In this document: positions 49,398 to 50,486 of the stretch, piece after piece
How positions within the stretch are numbered: the stretch's first letter is position 1
Layout of the letters: each line of letters starts with the position of its first letter
NCBI RefSeq assembly: GCF_001194135.2
Contig: NC_068990.1
Coordinates: forward strand, 62,326,990 to 62,377,475
Origin: Octopus bimaculoides
Taxonomy: Eukaryota
Direction: 5' to 3'
DNA length: 50,486 nucleotides
Notes under the pieces: model-generated
Seen by the model: the letters and a program-made list of their open reading frames with translations, nothing else
Databases searched by the model: none
What the model was told of the DNA's origin: nothing
Made by a program: the position numbers and the translations under genes

Positions 49398-49612
49398 ATC
49401 CTTTCTACTATAGGTACAAGGGCGGAAATTTTGTGGGGAGGGGCAAGTCGATTACATCGACCCAATACTCAACTGGTACTTAATTTATCAACCCCGAAAG
49501 GATGAAAAGCAAAGTCGACCTCGGCGGAATTTGAACTCAGAACGTAGCAGCATACGAAATACCGCTAAGTATTTCGCCTGGCGTGCTAACAATTCTGCCA
49601 GCTCGCCACTTA
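49398..49612 (-). mobile_element. SINE family B
   Basis: tcctttctactataggtacaagg..aaagtcgacctcggcggaatttgaactcagaacgtag..ctgccagctcgccactt. Confidence 0.9.
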
Positions 49613-49770
49613 AAAGGGGTAATAATAACAACCAAGCAAGAATACAAAACGGTAATCATTGATCATCAGAAGCAGGAAACCATATCCTCGCCATTGAGTA
49701 TGAATGTGACACTAAAACTACAAATGAAAGACAATGGAATATAATGTTAAAAAATATATAATGCACACAA

Positions 49771-50075
49771 TTGGCACTCTGTCGGTTACGACGGCAAGGG
49801 TTCTGGTTGATCTGAACAGCCTGATCGTGAAATTAACGTGCAATTGGCTGGGCACTCTATAGACATGTGTACCCTTAGGGAGATTCAGCGTGACACAGAA
49901 TGTGACAAGGCTGGCTCTTTGAATTACAGGTACTATTCATTTTGCCAGCCGAATGGACAGGAGCAACATGAAATAAAGTGTCTTGCTCAAGGACACAATG
50001 CACCGCCGTGATTCGAACGCATGATTTTAGAATCGTAACCTGAACAACCTAACCACTAAGCCACGTGCCTTCACA
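49771..50075 (-). mobile_element. SINE family C variant: same 3' half, different central module and head
   Basis: The 3' half matches 44780-44955. The head is gtgaaggcacg-TGGCTTAGTGG..GTTCGAATC, followed by gtgtccttgagcaagacacttta. Confidence 0.85.
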
Positions 50076-50189
50076 CAATGCACATATTATAGTATGTAAC
50101 TGCGTAGTTATAACTATTCTCGCTCGAAGGCTGCAGAGGTATCGAATTTAAGTCATGAGATAAAAAGAATTCAGTTATAATAAACTTTT

Positions 50190-50420
50190 CAGCTGGCATG
50201 TGACCTACTGCTATCGATGCCAAGGCATGGCAGTACTCAAGCAAGTCGTCCCAACCCAACGTGTGTTGATCAACTTGCCAGAGATACTGGAAGCCTCTCC
50301 CGAAGACCGCCGTCAACTAATGCAGGACAGAGATGGATGGCACGTGCGGATTAAAACTATCCGAGCAAGCACAAGCAGATGATGGTGACGATAATGGTGA
50401 TGATGATGATGATAATGATA
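50190..50420 (+). mobile_element. 3' end of an RTE-like LINE (RTE-X type) with a (GAT)n tail
   Basis: DLLLSMPRHGSTQASRPNPTCVDQLARDTG / SPEDRRQLMQDRDGWHVRIKTIRASTSR*, followed by (gat)n. Confidence 0.65.
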
Positions 50421-50486
50421 TATATATATAAAGAGAGAGAGAGAGAGAGAGAGGGAAAGAGAGAGGGAGAAAGAGAGAGAGAGAGA

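Overview
AT-rich eukaryotic DNA full of repeats and microsatellites, with many N-gaps. It is most likely intergenic or intronic sequence from an octopus (coleoid cephalopod) draft assembly. That assignment is an inference from my recall of the SINE families, not a database hit. I found no host protein-coding exon, true tRNA, rRNA or CRISPR array. Every convincing ORF fragment belongs to a decayed transposable element. The elements are: Tc1/mariner (maT/DD37D-type, plus two mariner foldback derivatives), a Chapaev3-like (CMC) transposase, RTE LINEs (one with three C-terminal C2H2 fingers), three R4/Dong-type REL-endonuclease LINE pieces, an L1/Tx1 3' end, two Penelope fragments, a Gmr1-order Gypsy remnant, a Helitron 3' terminus, and about 30 tRNA-derived SINE copies or fragments from at least four families. 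The most interesting pattern is that several unrelated LINE clades sit inside or at the edge of tetranucleotide microsatellites, one of them inside the internal microsatellite of a SINE. This suggests SINE-seeded microsatellites act as landing pads. Other highlights are an RT-less but otherwise near-complete Dong element, two mariner copies sharing one inversion breakpoint, and a degenerate hammerhead-like motif. Repeat boundaries were read by eye and are approximate (about +/-10-30 bp unless stated).
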